Shown here piece after piece: positions 21,677 through 31,660 of a stretch of 64,000 nucleotides of DNA. Made by a program: the position numbers and the translations under genes. Below the pieces are notes generated by a model. The model saw nothing but the letters and a program-made list of their open reading frames with translations, was not told the DNA's origin and did no database searches. The first letter of the stretch is position 1. The number at the start of each line of letters is the position of its first letter. Origin of the DNA: Candidatus Adlerbacteria bacterium (lineage in GTDB: Bacteria > Patescibacteriota > Minisyncoccia > Phycocordibacterales > SBAW01); assembly GCA_963749085.1 (NCBI GenBank), contig CAVVLG010000002.1:445863-509862 (forward strand). Reading direction: 5' to 3'.

Positions 21677-21983
21677 TTTCGAGAAGTACTATGGCGATAC
21701 CGGCCGCGATAAGTCCGAGTATTTCCACAAATCCGATTCGCTCCTTAAAAAAGAGCCAGCCGACGATAGCCAGAATCGTAATATTAAAAAGTACCAGAAG
21801 TGCCGAGGCGACCTCAATATTCTCAAACTTATAGCTTTCAATAAGCGGAATGAGTCCCCCTATATACAGAAGCATACCAAGCCCATAGAGATACGGATTG
21901 TAATGCCCTGCATAATATTTAAAAACGATGTCGCCAAGTGTGAGCAATACTCCCCCGCCCAATAAAAGTACTGTAACGTACAT
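21666..21983 (-). CDS. Small 4-TM membrane protein (SMR/DMT-like)
   Basis: 105 aa, four hydrophobic helices; overlaps the next gene by 11 nt. Confidence 0.5.
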   Translation of the reverse strand: MYVTVLLLGGGVLLTLGDIVFKYYAGHYNPYLYGLGMLLYIGGLIPLIESYKFENIEVASALLVLFNITILAIVGWLFFKERIGFVEILGLIAAGIAIVLLEIGG

Positions 21984-21989
21984 ATAGTT

Positions 21990-23306
21990 TTATGCTATTT
22001 TTTCCTTGAGCAAAGCCTCGAGATCGGCTGTGGCGACGCGTTCCTGTTGCCCTGAATCGCGATAGCGCAAGGTTACGGTGTCTTTAAGTTCGGGTTTCTC
22101 GCCGAGCGTGTCGAAGTCTATAGTGATGCAAAAGGGCGTTCCTATCTCATCTTGCCGACGATAGCGTTTGCCGATATTACCGTTATCGTCCCACATAATG
22201 TGTGGGATTTCTTTTTTAAGCGATTCGTAAATGTCGCGTGCCTTAGCAACAAGCTCAGGTTTATTTTTGAGCAACGGAAATACGGCCGCTTTGATCGGGG
22301 CAACCACAGGCTTAAATTTCAGATACACACGGGGCTCTCCGCCGAGTTCATCTTCGGTATATGCAGAGGCAAGCACTGCAAGCACGGTGCGGCCCAAACC
22401 AAAGGTCGGCTCGATAACATGGGGAATAAATTTCGCACCATCTTCATCAACATAGGCAAGGTCAACTCCTGATTTTTCTGTGTGTTGAGAAAGATCAAAA
22501 TCCGTACGGTAGGCAAGACCGTAAAGTTCTTTGCGTCCAAAAGGAAAGTCGAACTCAAAATCAATCGTGCGTTTGCTGTAGTGGGCCCGTTCTCCATCAG
22601 GTACTTCAAGCTCGTGCACTTGTTCTTTGTAAATACCTATTGATTCCAGCCATGCCCACATCTCAACTCTCCAATACTCAAACCATTTCTGCCACTCCGA
22701 CTCTTTAACAAAATATTCAAACTCCATGAGATCAAATTCCCTCACTCGAAAAATGAAGTCGCGCGGCGCGATTTCATTGCGAAACGCTCTCCCGCTTTGC
22801 GCAATGCCAAAGGGGAGCTTGGGATGGAAGGAATCGATAATGTTTTTAAAATTGACGAACATACCTTGCGCTATCTCCCCACGCAAATAGCCGCGCGAGC
22901 TGCCTGCAGTGCTCCCCATGTCAATTGGGAACAGTAAGTTGAACATTTTCGGTTCGCCCAAGGTTCCTCCACATTCAGGACACGCGTGTCCTTCTATATG
23001 ATCGGCACGAAAACGTCGTTTACATTTTTTACATTCAACCATAGGATCTGCAAAACCTTCGAGGTGCCCGCTGGCCGCCCACACTGCCTCAGGCATGACG
23101 ACGCTAGAATCGAGTCCGTACATATCATCACGGCTTTCGACAAAGTTTCGCCACCATAGTTGCTCTATATTTTTTTTGAGCGAAGTGCCAAGTGGCCCGT
23201 AATCCCAGGTACCCGCAAGACCGCCATAAATTTCAGAGCCTTGATAGATGAACCCGCGCCGCTTGCACAGTGACACAATTTTTTCCATTAAGTCATTTTT
23301 TTCCAT
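21990..23306 (-). CDS. glyQS: Glycyl-tRNA synthetase (dimeric class II type)
   Basis: MEKIVSLCKRRGFIYQGSEIYGGLAGTWDYGPLG... class II motifs and anticodon-binding C-terminus. Confidence 0.93.
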   Translation of the reverse strand: MEKNDLMEKIVSLCKRRGFIYQGSEIYGGLAGTWDYGPLGTSLKKNIEQLWWRNFVESRDDMYGLDSSVVMPEAVWAASGHLEGFADPMVECKKCKRRFRADHIEGHACPECGGTLGEPKMFNLLFPIDMGSTAGSSRGYLRGEIAQGMFVNFKNIIDSFHPKLPFGIAQSGRAFRNEIAPRDFIFRVREFDLMEFEYFVKESEWQKWFEYWRVEMWAWLESIGIYKEQVHELEVPDGERAHYSKRTIDFEFDFPFGRKELYGLAYRTDFDLSQHTEKSGVDLAYVDEDGAKFIPHVIEPTFGLGRTVLAVLASAYTEDELGGEPRVYLKFKPVVAPIKAAVFPLLKNKPELVAKARDIYESLKKEIPHIMWDDNGNIGKRYRRQDEIGTPFCITIDFDTLGEKPELKDTVTLRYRDSGQQERVATADLEALLKEKIA

Positions 23307-23310
23307 ATAG

Positions 23311-25257
23311 TTAATTCGGTGCGACTACCCCCATCGCGCTCTGAAACCCGGTATCACTGGTGAGATCGATCGTGGGTGCCTGTGCAGTGGCATTTACACT
23401 GACTTGTGCAAAACGATCCTGGCCTGACAACTCAGTATCTCCGGTAAGCTCAGGCACCGAGCCAACCTGGCTGGTGCTCGGGGTCAACACTACCTGAAAG
23501 TTGGCTGTTTGTGCAGGTGAACTATACCCCACGCCGGGACTGACGTTGCCGAGGTTCCAGGTCACCGTCCGGTTGCCGTCATCATAACTTATACCGCTTG
23601 CTCCGGTGGAGGCGTAGGTCACGTATGGTGGTAGTACAGTAGACACCGTGGTATTGGCGAGAGGATTTGAAGAGTTGGTCACCGTCCAGGCTATGGTGTA
23701 GGAGGTATTTTGTCCGGGCACCGGGGGCATCGGCCCCGTGTTAGTTATGGGCCCCGTAAAGTGGAGCGCTTGCGCAGTGAGCGATACGACCGACGCCAGC
23801 GAGACAGTGGCCGAAGCGGCAGAAGTCACTTGCTGGGACGTCCCCGAGCCGCCCACTTCGTTGCCAGTAACACTAAGGTTAAGCGTAATAGTAGGATTCG
23901 TGACCAAGACGCTTCCAGAGCCGGCCGGCAGTGTGTTGAAGCTAAACTCGAGGGTTCCTGTCTGTCCTGGTTGTATGGTGGCAAGCGACGGATCTTGGCT
24001 GCTTCCCCACGTAATAGTGTTATCCTGCGATTGGTAGAAACCTGTTTGCGAGGAAATGGAAGTGGGATCGAGCGCCGGCCCCGACAACGATAGGCTGAAC
24101 TGAGCGTTCGATACCGCAGTCGGCAGATTGTTCTGCCAGGTGATGGCACCTTGCAAAGACGCTCCAGAAGTAACCGATATGTTTGGACCAGCCTGTCCGT
24201 TAACTGAAATGGTACCGGTGATAAACGGCTGACTGAGCGTCACGGTCACCGGGACGCTGAGGAGTGGCACGTCGACCGTGGTGTCGGTCGGATCGGCATT
24301 TGAACCCGAAAGAAATGTAAAGACGAGCGATTGGCCGTTTTGGCCCGCTATCGAACCCAGAAGATTAATAACCTGGGATGCGCCGGGCGCCAAAGTACCC
24401 AAGTTCCAGAACGTCCCGCCCGCTTGTGCCGCAGGATTGGAACTTGCGAATGAATAGCCGAACGGGTACTCCCCCTGTACAACGACACCATCAAGCGGCG
24501 TGGTCGCATTATTTTCGACCGTTATCGCTATCGGGAACTGCTGGCCCACAATGGCCTGGGTCGGTGCGTTTATGGAAAGCGAAATCGGGGAGGAACCGAT
24601 GACGAATTGCGCTTGGGCCTGTTTTTCGAAAATAGCGTTGGAGCCGGTGAGACTATACTCCAACGTCACACTGACGGTCTCCTGGGCGCCTTCCTGACCA
24701 TAAAAGAGCGCGTCCGCAGTTTGTGTAACGGACTGCCCTGCATTTATAGTGCCGACGGATTGCTGATTGTTCGAAAGCGTTTGCGTGGGATCAGAGGGAT
24801 CGCGCGTGCCAGCGGGATACGTGATGAGGAGATTGACCAGATTGAGCGAGGAAGTGTTGCGATTGTCTATTACGATTTGGAACGAAGTGTCTTTGCCGCT
24901 ATCGACGAGAGAGGGTATGACCACTTGCAGGTCGATATTTTGTGGAGAGATGAGATTGTTACCAATAAAGAATACGTATGCGGCGACGCCGGTCGCGCAC
25001 ACAAAGAACAGCAGTGACCAAATAAGGAATTTCCCGGCAAGTGACATCTTCTTTTTAGGCTCAAACTGCGCAAGCGGCGGTCTTTTTGGGCCAGAAGGTT
25101 TGGCCTTTTCTTCCTCCTGCCACGACACAGGCGCTTCGGGCCGCTCGCTTGAGAGCGGTGTGCGTATGTCGTTCATGGGGTTCCCCTCTTTTTGTCGTGA
25201 ATAGAGCTTACGTTTGAGCTCTTCTATATCATCCTTATCCTCCGAAGGCATGCACAA
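23311..25257 (-). CDS. Large membrane-anchored surface protein with Ser/Thr/Asn-rich DUF11/CARDB-like repeats
   Basis: 648 aa: cytoplasmic N-terminus, one TM helix (FLIWSLLFFVCATGVAAYVFF), then repetitive beta-rich extracellular region. Confidence 0.7.
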   Translation of the reverse strand: MCMPSEDKDDIEELKRKLYSRQKEGNPMNDIRTPLSSERPEAPVSWQEEEKAKPSGPKRPPLAQFEPKKKMSLAGKFLIWSLLFFVCATGVAAYVFFIGNNLISPQNIDLQVVIPSLVDSGKDTSFQIVIDNRNTSSLNLVNLLITYPAGTRDPSDPTQTLSNNQQSVGTINAGQSVTQTADALFYGQEGAQETVSVTLEYSLTGSNAIFEKQAQAQFVIGSSPISLSINAPTQAIVGQQFPIAITVENNATTPLDGVVVQGEYPFGYSFASSNPAAQAGGTFWNLGTLAPGASQVINLLGSIAGQNGQSLVFTFLSGSNADPTDTTVDVPLLSVPVTVTLSQPFITGTISVNGQAGPNISVTSGASLQGAITWQNNLPTAVSNAQFSLSLSGPALDPTSISSQTGFYQSQDNTITWGSSQDPSLATIQPGQTGTLEFSFNTLPAGSGSVLVTNPTITLNLSVTGNEVGGSGTSQQVTSAASATVSLASVVSLTAQALHFTGPITNTGPMPPVPGQNTSYTIAWTVTNSSNPLANTTVSTVLPPYVTYASTGASGISYDDGNRTVTWNLGNVSPGVGYSSPAQTANFQVVLTPSTSQVGSVPELTGDTELSGQDRFAQVSVNATAQAPTIDLTSDTGFQSAMGVVAPN

Positions 25258-25269
25258 AAGTATAGCACT

Positions 25270-25851
25270 TTAGAGGCCCGTGGCGCCGAGAGATTCGTTA
25301 ATGGTGCGCACCAAAAGACTCCGTGAACGCGCCGCGGCGGCGGCCAATTCTAGAGAAAAAAAGCTCTCTGATATGAATGGCTCGAGTTCGGGACGCTTGG
25401 GCAGATATCCTAAATGTGAGAGAATGCGCAGAACGATCACGCACTCTATAGCTTCGGCATCGGCATCATTGAGAGCCTGAGCCAAAGACATGAGGCCTTC
25501 CGTGACACTTCGATAAAGATTCGCCGTAGGTTCCTCCCCTTGGAGAAGACGGAGGAGTAATTTCAGCACTTGGCCGGCGCGTCTGCGACGTGGCGCCGAA
25601 AGCGGTATGCATTCTCTGGAAACAGTTTCAGCACCGGTAAGCTTCCATTCGTGTTTGCCGCGTACGAAACTGAATCGTCCACGAGTCAGCGGTTCAAGAC
25701 CGTAGCGCAATTTTGAGCGCTCAAGCCGGGTGCTTTTGGCCGATGCTTTTAGCAGACCAAACTCCACGGTGAGCACGGTGAGGAGACTGCTGGCCTCGCC
25801 CGTGGCGCGCTTCCCCAACACCAGTCCTTCGGTAATATAAATTTTATGCAT
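25270..25851 (-). CDS. recO: DNA repair protein RecO
   Basis: N-terminal OB fold (KIYITEGLVLGKRATGEASSLLTVLTVEFGLLKASAKSTR...); start trimmed to the second Met. Confidence 0.7.
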   Translation of the reverse strand: MHKIYITEGLVLGKRATGEASSLLTVLTVEFGLLKASAKSTRLERSKLRYGLEPLTRGRFSFVRGKHEWKLTGAETVSRECIPLSAPRRRRAGQVLKLLLRLLQGEEPTANLYRSVTEGLMSLAQALNDADAEAIECVIVLRILSHLGYLPKRPELEPFISESFFSLELAAAAARSRSLLVRTINESLGATGL

Positions 25852-28800
25852 CACTCGTTTGCGATTCGACCTCAAGTGAGCCAAGGCCAGCCTGCTCGAT
25901 GATTTCAGCCCTAAATTTCTCCGCTATGCGTGCTTCCTCTACAGCAAATACTTTCAGTGTATAGGTCGGCCTGTCAATTATCTGCATCTTTTGCTCTTTG
26001 CGCCACTCTTGTATGCGACGGACGATGTCGCGTACCAGACCTTCTTCTTTTAACTCCAGGGTAAGCGCGGTATCGAGCCATACTTTCTCCTCAAGCACCG
26101 TGTCTTCAACGATAGATTTGACGTTTACCTCCTCGACAATAAGTTGCTGGAGTTCAGGACGTATCGCCAGCATGCGAACTTTAAGGGTGGCGAGCGGCTG
26201 ACGGATCTTGATGCCTGCTTTCTCGCGCATATGTAGTGCCTCAGAGGCAATAGTTCTAGTTTCGCGCATGTCAGCCACCAGAGGCAGATCAATAGGAAGA
26301 ATGTCCGGCCAGTCGCACAGATGAACGCTTTCTTTATCATCTGCGCTTCTCATGGCCCTAAATAGCTCCTCAGCAAAAAACGGCATGACCGGTGCCATTA
26401 CTTTAGATAGCGTATAAAGCACGAATCGAAGCGTCTTTAGGGCATCATCTTTATCTACCTGTTTGGTCTTAAACCGATCGCGCGAGCGGCGCAGATACCA
26501 GGTCGAGAGATCGTCGATAAAATCCGCAAGCGGCCGCGTCGCAGCATCCAGTTCATAGCGCTCGAATCCTTCGGTCGTCTTCTGTATCAACTCGCCGAGT
26601 CTGGAAAGTATCCAACGATCCAGAATATGAACTGATGAAGCGGAGATTTCTAGACTTGGTTTTTTAGAATCATACAGCTCATAAAAACTACGAACGTTAC
26701 TTAAACGCATCAACAATTTTTTCGATACCTCCTCCACCCCGCGCGCTGAGAAGCGCAAGTCCTCTCCGCGTATGACTGAAGAGGAAAGGAGGTAATAACG
26801 GAGGGCGTCAGCGCTGAACCGCTCGACCAGCTCCATAGGATCGGGATAATTCTTCAGCTTTTTGGACATCTTCCGGCCATCCTCGGCGAGCACGAGCCCG
26901 TTGGTTACCACCGCCTTATAAGGGCTCCTTCCAAACAACCCTACCCCAAGGACAATGAGCGAGTAGAACCACCCGCGGGTCTGGTCGATGCTTTCGGCAA
27001 TAAAATCCGCTGGATATCCTTTAGGAAATAGACCCAAAAGACGCTTGGGATTAAATGAGTGCTTGTCGTTGAATGGATAATGATTACTCGCAAAAGGCAT
27101 CGAGCCGGACTCAAACCAACAGTCAAACACATCAGGCACCCGTTGCCATATACCGTTTATTGAATCGCCAAGCGCGATATCATCGATGTACGGGCGGTGC
27201 AAATCAAGTTCGTAGTTAGCATTGTGCGGAAAGGGAACAAAATGAAGCCTCATATACTGACCTTTGTCGAGGTAATTATCTTGTTTCCTCAGATGTTTTA
27301 AATCGGGAAGTGAAGTCCTATCCGCAACACGAGCCAAACACCAGGCAGGGTCTCCATGGGTCACCATGAGAATATTTTTATTAGTATAACGTCGCTCTAT
27401 ATCGAAAAGAAATTCTGCAACCCGACTACGCAGTTGCATAAGTGTCTCTGCGCCTCCCGGAGACTTCACAAAGTGATCACTAAAAGAAGGAAATTCGTCA
27501 TGCCATTTCTCTAGAGATGCTCCACTGAAGGTCCCCAATCGACGTTCCCCTAGACGCTCATCGGTCATTACTACTGAGGGAGGGAGCCCGAAGGTAGCTT
27601 GTGCAATAGCAGCAGTTTCCTGGGCGCGAGCGAGGGGAGAAACAACTATGACGTCAATGTTTACTTCCCTCTTCAGTTGCTCAACACTTCTTTTAATGTC
27701 AATTTTTCCTTTTTCGGTTAAATGATTCTCGATGACATTGTCTGAACTTACAAAATTCTCGATGTTACTGCGCGCCTCTCCGTGCCGTAATATAAAGTAT
27801 GTGTTCCCGCTTCGGCGAACCATCGAGAGCAATTCATTGACTGAGCTGACTATTTTTTGTTCTTTCGTTTTACTGTGGTGCCACACTGGCAGAGGAGCTC
27901 CCCAAAAACGACTGCGCGAAATCGCCCAATCGGGCGCGGTCTCAAGCCCTTTGCGGAATCGTCCCGCTCCAACATATCGGGGTACCCAGCGAATTTTTTC
28001 GTTCTCTGAAATAAGTTTGTTTTTTATTTTTTGTACACTGACGAACCACGAATTGGCCGCCCAATTGAGAAGTGGGGTCTCGCAGCGCCAGCAATGCGGG
28101 TATGCGTGTTTTATTTTTTCCTCTGTAAACAGGAGCCCATGCACACGTAACCACTCGGCAATTTTTTGATCGGTCTCCTTCGGGTTGCCTTTCGGTTTGA
28201 CTGGAAGGTGTGCGAAGTCGGTGACGGTCGCGATGAATTTACCTTCATCGGTCACGTGATGAATGAGCGGTATTTTTTCCTTTTGCGCGAGTGTAAGATC
28301 ATCCTCTCCAAACACCGGAGCAATGTGCACTATACCGGTGCCTTCGGTGAGCGTTACGAACGGTGCGGCATAGACCCGCCATGCGTGCGTCTTGTGTTTG
28401 TGGAGTTCATCTTTAAAGTAAGCAAACGGCGGCTCATAGCGCTTGCCTACCAACTCTTTGCCTTTGAACTCTTCGACTATATCTGGAGAAGAAAGAGCGG
28501 GAATCTTTTCTAGAAGGTCCTTGGCGACGATGACATATGCATCCCCTGCCTTTACTTTCACATAGTTGGCATCAGCGTTTACTGCGACGGCAGTGTTGCC
28601 TGGAAGAGTCCACGGCGTGGTTGTCCATATAAGAAGAGCGGTTTGCGGCTCATCCACAAGCGGCAACCTCACAGTGACGGCAATATCATCGATATCCTTA
28701 TACCCTTGCGCCACCTCGAAATTCGAGAGGGTCGTCCCGCAGCGCGGACACAGTTGCATGGACTTGAACCCCTCGTAGATGAACCCGCGGTCGTAGAGAT

Positions 28801-29329
28801 TCTTGAAAGCCCACCATACTGACTCGGTATAGCTCGCATCCATGGTGCGGTAGTCATTTTCCATATCAATCCAGCGCCCGAAACGCGGAATGATCCTTCT
28901 CCAATCATCCGCATAGCGCAAAACAGCATTCCTCGCCGCGGCATTAAACTTCTCTATCCCGAACTTCTCGATATCGCGCTTGGTCTTGATGCCAAGTTCC
29001 TGCTCTATCTGGTTCTCCAAGGGCAACCCGTGACAGTCCCACCCCCAGCGGCGTTCAACGTGAAAGCCCCGCATGGTTTGATAACGCGGTATTGCATCTT
29101 TAAGAGCACTCTGGAGCAAATGTCCATAATGGGGCAGTCCTGTTGCGAACGGCGGTCCATCATAAAAGATATAGTCGCCTTGTGGTGAAGGCTTATCAAG
29201 CGATTTCTCAAAGATTTTCTCGCGATTCCAAAATTCAAGAATTTCCTCCTCTCGATGTGCTGCTGGGGATTTGGCCAAGTACGGAGGTACATCCCGCTCC
29301 TCCCCACCCTGTTTGAGGTCATCAACCAT
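25844..29329 (-). CDS. ileS: Isoleucyl-tRNA synthetase (type 2) carrying an inserted histidine-phosphatase (PGAM-like) domain
   Basis: HYGH (HIGH), editing CP1, KMSKKLKN (KMSKS). Between PVWHHS and LHRPYIDD there are about 220 aa instead of about 45, including FILRHGEARSN...VVSPLARAQETA...MVTHGD, the signature of the histidine phosphatase superfamily. Confidence 0.92.
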   Translation of the reverse strand: MVDDLKQGGEERDVPPYLAKSPAAHREEEILEFWNREKIFEKSLDKPSPQGDYIFYDGPPFATGLPHYGHLLQSALKDAIPRYQTMRGFHVERRWGWDCHGLPLENQIEQELGIKTKRDIEKFGIEKFNAAARNAVLRYADDWRRIIPRFGRWIDMENDYRTMDASYTESVWWAFKNLYDRGFIYEGFKSMQLCPRCGTTLSNFEVAQGYKDIDDIAVTVRLPLVDEPQTALLIWTTTPWTLPGNTAVAVNADANYVKVKAGDAYVIVAKDLLEKIPALSSPDIVEEFKGKELVGKRYEPPFAYFKDELHKHKTHAWRVYAAPFVTLTEGTGIVHIAPVFGEDDLTLAQKEKIPLIHHVTDEGKFIATVTDFAHLPVKPKGNPKETDQKIAEWLRVHGLLFTEEKIKHAYPHCWRCETPLLNWAANSWFVSVQKIKNKLISENEKIRWVPRYVGAGRFRKGLETAPDWAISRSRFWGAPLPVWHHSKTKEQKIVSSVNELLSMVRRSGNTYFILRHGEARSNIENFVSSDNVIENHLTEKGKIDIKRSVEQLKREVNIDVIVVSPLARAQETAAIAQATFGLPPSVVMTDERLGERRLGTFSGASLEKWHDEFPSFSDHFVKSPGGAETLMQLRSRVAEFLFDIERRYTNKNILMVTHGDPAWCLARVADRTSLPDLKHLRKQDNYLDKGQYMRLHFVPFPHNANYELDLHRPYIDDIALGDSINGIWQRVPDVFDCWFESGSMPFASNHYPFNDKHSFNPKRLLGLFPKGYPADFIAESIDQTRGWFYSLIVLGVGLFGRSPYKAVVTNGLVLAEDGRKMSKKLKNYPDPMELVERFSADALRYYLLSSSVIRGEDLRFSARGVEEVSKKLLMRLSNVRSFYELYDSKKPSLEISASSVHILDRWILSRLGELIQKTTEGFERYELDAATRPLADFIDDLSTWYLRRSRDRFKTKQVDKDDALKTLRFVLYTLSKVMAPVMPFFAEELFRAMRSADDKESVHLCDWPDILPIDLPLVADMRETRTIASEALHMREKAGIKIRQPLATLKVRMLAIRPELQQLIVEEVNVKSIVEDTVLEEKVWLDTALTLELKEEGLVRDIVRRIQEWRKEQKMQIIDRPTYTLKVFAVEEARIAEKFRAEIIEQAGLGSLEVESQTSDA

Positions 29330-29343
29330 ATTTAAAAACTATA

Positions 29344-31017
29344 CTACATCTCCTCAGGAGCGGGGATGCCGAGTACTTGCAAACCTTTTGACAACGTGTG
29401 CTCAACCGCGCTTGCAAGCAAAAGACCGTAAGACGGATGTGCTCCACCAATGACGCGTTCGCTTGCATACCAACTATTAAATGCCGAGGCAAGTTCCGTA
29501 AGATAGGTGGTAACGTAGTGAGGATCAAGTTCCCGCGCCGCGCGGGCGAGCACTTCCGGATAGTGCACGAGCATGCGCTCAGGTATAGTGGGAGTATTCG
29601 GTGCATCGGCAATGGAAATTCTAATTCCTGCTGCTTTGGCGGCCTGTACCAGCGAGTGAGCCCGTGTGTGTGCGTATTGCAGATACGGTCCTGAGTCTCC
29701 CTCAAGCGAAAGTGATTTTTCAGGATCAAATATAATATCCTTTCCTCTTCCCTGCTTGAGGACCGCGTATTTAATCGCGCCAACCGCCACTTGCTCGGCA
29801 ATCAAATCCGGACGTTTTAACTCGCGCAAAGACATTTTACCTTTCGCCACCTCCCTCAAATCCATCAAAAGAGACTCGCCGCTTATAACATTACCCTTAC
29901 GAGAAGACATTCTTCCAGTGGTCAGCCGCAGAAACCCGTGTGCGATATGCCGGAGCGTTCTTCCGTCAGTTTTTTCGGGAAAGACTTTCTTGACAGCAGC
30001 AAACACTACCTTAAAGAAGGCTTCTTGTTCAAGCCCGGTCACCGTTATCGAAGTTTCGAAGTACGGGAACTTTTCGCTTTTGAGCTCAAAAAGGCCTATT
30101 TCTTTGGCTTCGTATGCGGGGAGACCTTGCGAGTTGAGAAACACCCGGGTGTGGAGTCCCTCCTGTTCGCCACGATACACAACCGCTCCTTCGCTCTCTT
30201 CGAACACGCTTCCGGTATGTTTTTGCACTATGTCTTTGCCCAACGGTCCGGAATCACTTTCAAAAAACTCCGCATCAAACTTTGTGCCTAACCGCTCGCA
30301 CAATGCATCGAGATGTCTGCGCGACGTCTCCACACCTTTCTTACGCAACCCAGACCAAACCGCATTTTTATTTATGTAGAGCGCTTCGTTTATTTCCTCG
30401 ATTTCCTTTTTTTGCGATACATTGGTTTCATAGGCTTCGTTGCCAGCGACATAGGCCTGACCGAGTTGTACAATATCCGCGGGATCGAGATTATTTTTCC
30501 ACAAGCCCCAGACGCCTTTTGCAACCGTCAGACCGATATCAGAAGGGTAATTCAATCGTTTCACTCCTGCCCCCGCATGTTCAAGAACTCGGGTGATAGA
30601 CTCGCCCAAAATATTACCTATAAGGTTGCCTATATGCAGTGGTTTGAAAAGATTAGGACTTGTGTATTCGACTAACACGATTTTTCCTTCATATATGTCA
30701 GAATCTCCCCAGGCTTTATTACTCGCTGCAGCTTGTATCCCCTCTATAGTTATTTCTCTCGAAAGAAAAAAATTAACAAAGCCTCCCATTGGAACCATGT
30801 TATCTACCCCGACAATTTTCCCCCTTAGGTACCCCACTAACTCTTGAGCAAGATGATCAGGATTCTTCTTTAAAAGTTGAGCGGCAGAAAACGCCGCATT
30901 TGTCGCGTAGTCACCGTGCTCCAATGAATCAGGGCGATCAACACTAAATGACACTTCGGGGGCACCGAGCGAAATAAGTTCCTCCTTTATCGCTGCATGT
31001 ATGTCGTCTCTGATCAT
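29344..31017 (-). CDS. argS: Arginyl-tRNA synthetase
   Basis: N-terminal Arg-tRNA add-1 domain, HIGNLIGNILGES (HIGH-like), DALK anticodon-binding domain. Confidence 0.93.
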   Translation of the reverse strand: MIRDDIHAAIKEELISLGAPEVSFSVDRPDSLEHGDYATNAAFSAAQLLKKNPDHLAQELVGYLRGKIVGVDNMVPMGGFVNFFLSREITIEGIQAAASNKAWGDSDIYEGKIVLVEYTSPNLFKPLHIGNLIGNILGESITRVLEHAGAGVKRLNYPSDIGLTVAKGVWGLWKNNLDPADIVQLGQAYVAGNEAYETNVSQKKEIEEINEALYINKNAVWSGLRKKGVETSRRHLDALCERLGTKFDAEFFESDSGPLGKDIVQKHTGSVFEESEGAVVYRGEQEGLHTRVFLNSQGLPAYEAKEIGLFELKSEKFPYFETSITVTGLEQEAFFKVVFAAVKKVFPEKTDGRTLRHIAHGFLRLTTGRMSSRKGNVISGESLLMDLREVAKGKMSLRELKRPDLIAEQVAVGAIKYAVLKQGRGKDIIFDPEKSLSLEGDSGPYLQYAHTRAHSLVQAAKAAGIRISIADAPNTPTIPERMLVHYPEVLARAARELDPHYVTTYLTELASAFNSWYASERVIGGAHPSYGLLLASAVEHTLSKGLQVLGIPAPEEM

Positions 31018-31637
31018 GATTGCAAAATATCTTCAACCATTTTTTTTACGTCCTTATACACTTCCTCGATTGTACGATTGGCATCTATTACCTTAGCCTG
31101 CGGGAGAGTTTTCGCGACTTCTAAAAAACCTTGCCGAACACGCTCATGAAGCTCAAGGGGCATCTTCTCCATAGTGTCGAGTACTTTCCCCGCCAACTTT
31201 TGCCGTTGTTGGCCGACCTCCACCGGAACGTCAAGCACGATCGCAAGATCAAGTGGACACCCGCGATAGATAAAATCGAGGCACTCCTGCATCAAAGAAG
31301 TGAGTTCCAAATATTGCCTACCATAGAGTTGGTATGCATAGGTAGAGAGCCACGAACGGTTGGAGATTACGTTTTTGCCGCTTTGGAGGGCAGGACGAAC
31401 GACTTCTTCAATATGTTGGGCGCGATCGGCCAAAACTAAAAAAAATTCCGCGGGGATTGAAACCGATCCCGCAGCCTCATGAAAAAGTGCTTGGCGAATA
31501 TATTGTCCAAGCGGCGTACCGCCTGTTTCGCGCGTATAAACGAACTGTGGTCCAGAAAAATCTTTTTTTAGTAGTTTGATCTGCGTGTCCTTCCCGGCAC
31601 CATCCCCACCCTCAATGACGAGAAACTTTCCATGCAT
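31014..31637 (-). CDS. tmk: Thymidylate kinase
   Basis: MHGKFLVIEGGDGAGKDTQ P-loop, DRY/LID motifs. Confidence 0.92.
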   Translation of the reverse strand: MHGKFLVIEGGDGAGKDTQIKLLKKDFSGPQFVYTRETGGTPLGQYIRQALFHEAAGSVSIPAEFFLVLADRAQHIEEVVRPALQSGKNVISNRSWLSTYAYQLYGRQYLELTSLMQECLDFIYRGCPLDLAIVLDVPVEVGQQRQKLAGKVLDTMEKMPLELHERVRQGFLEVAKTLPQAKVIDANRTIEEVYKDVKKMVEDILQS

Positions 31638-31660
31638 TGAGTTACTGTAACATGACGATA

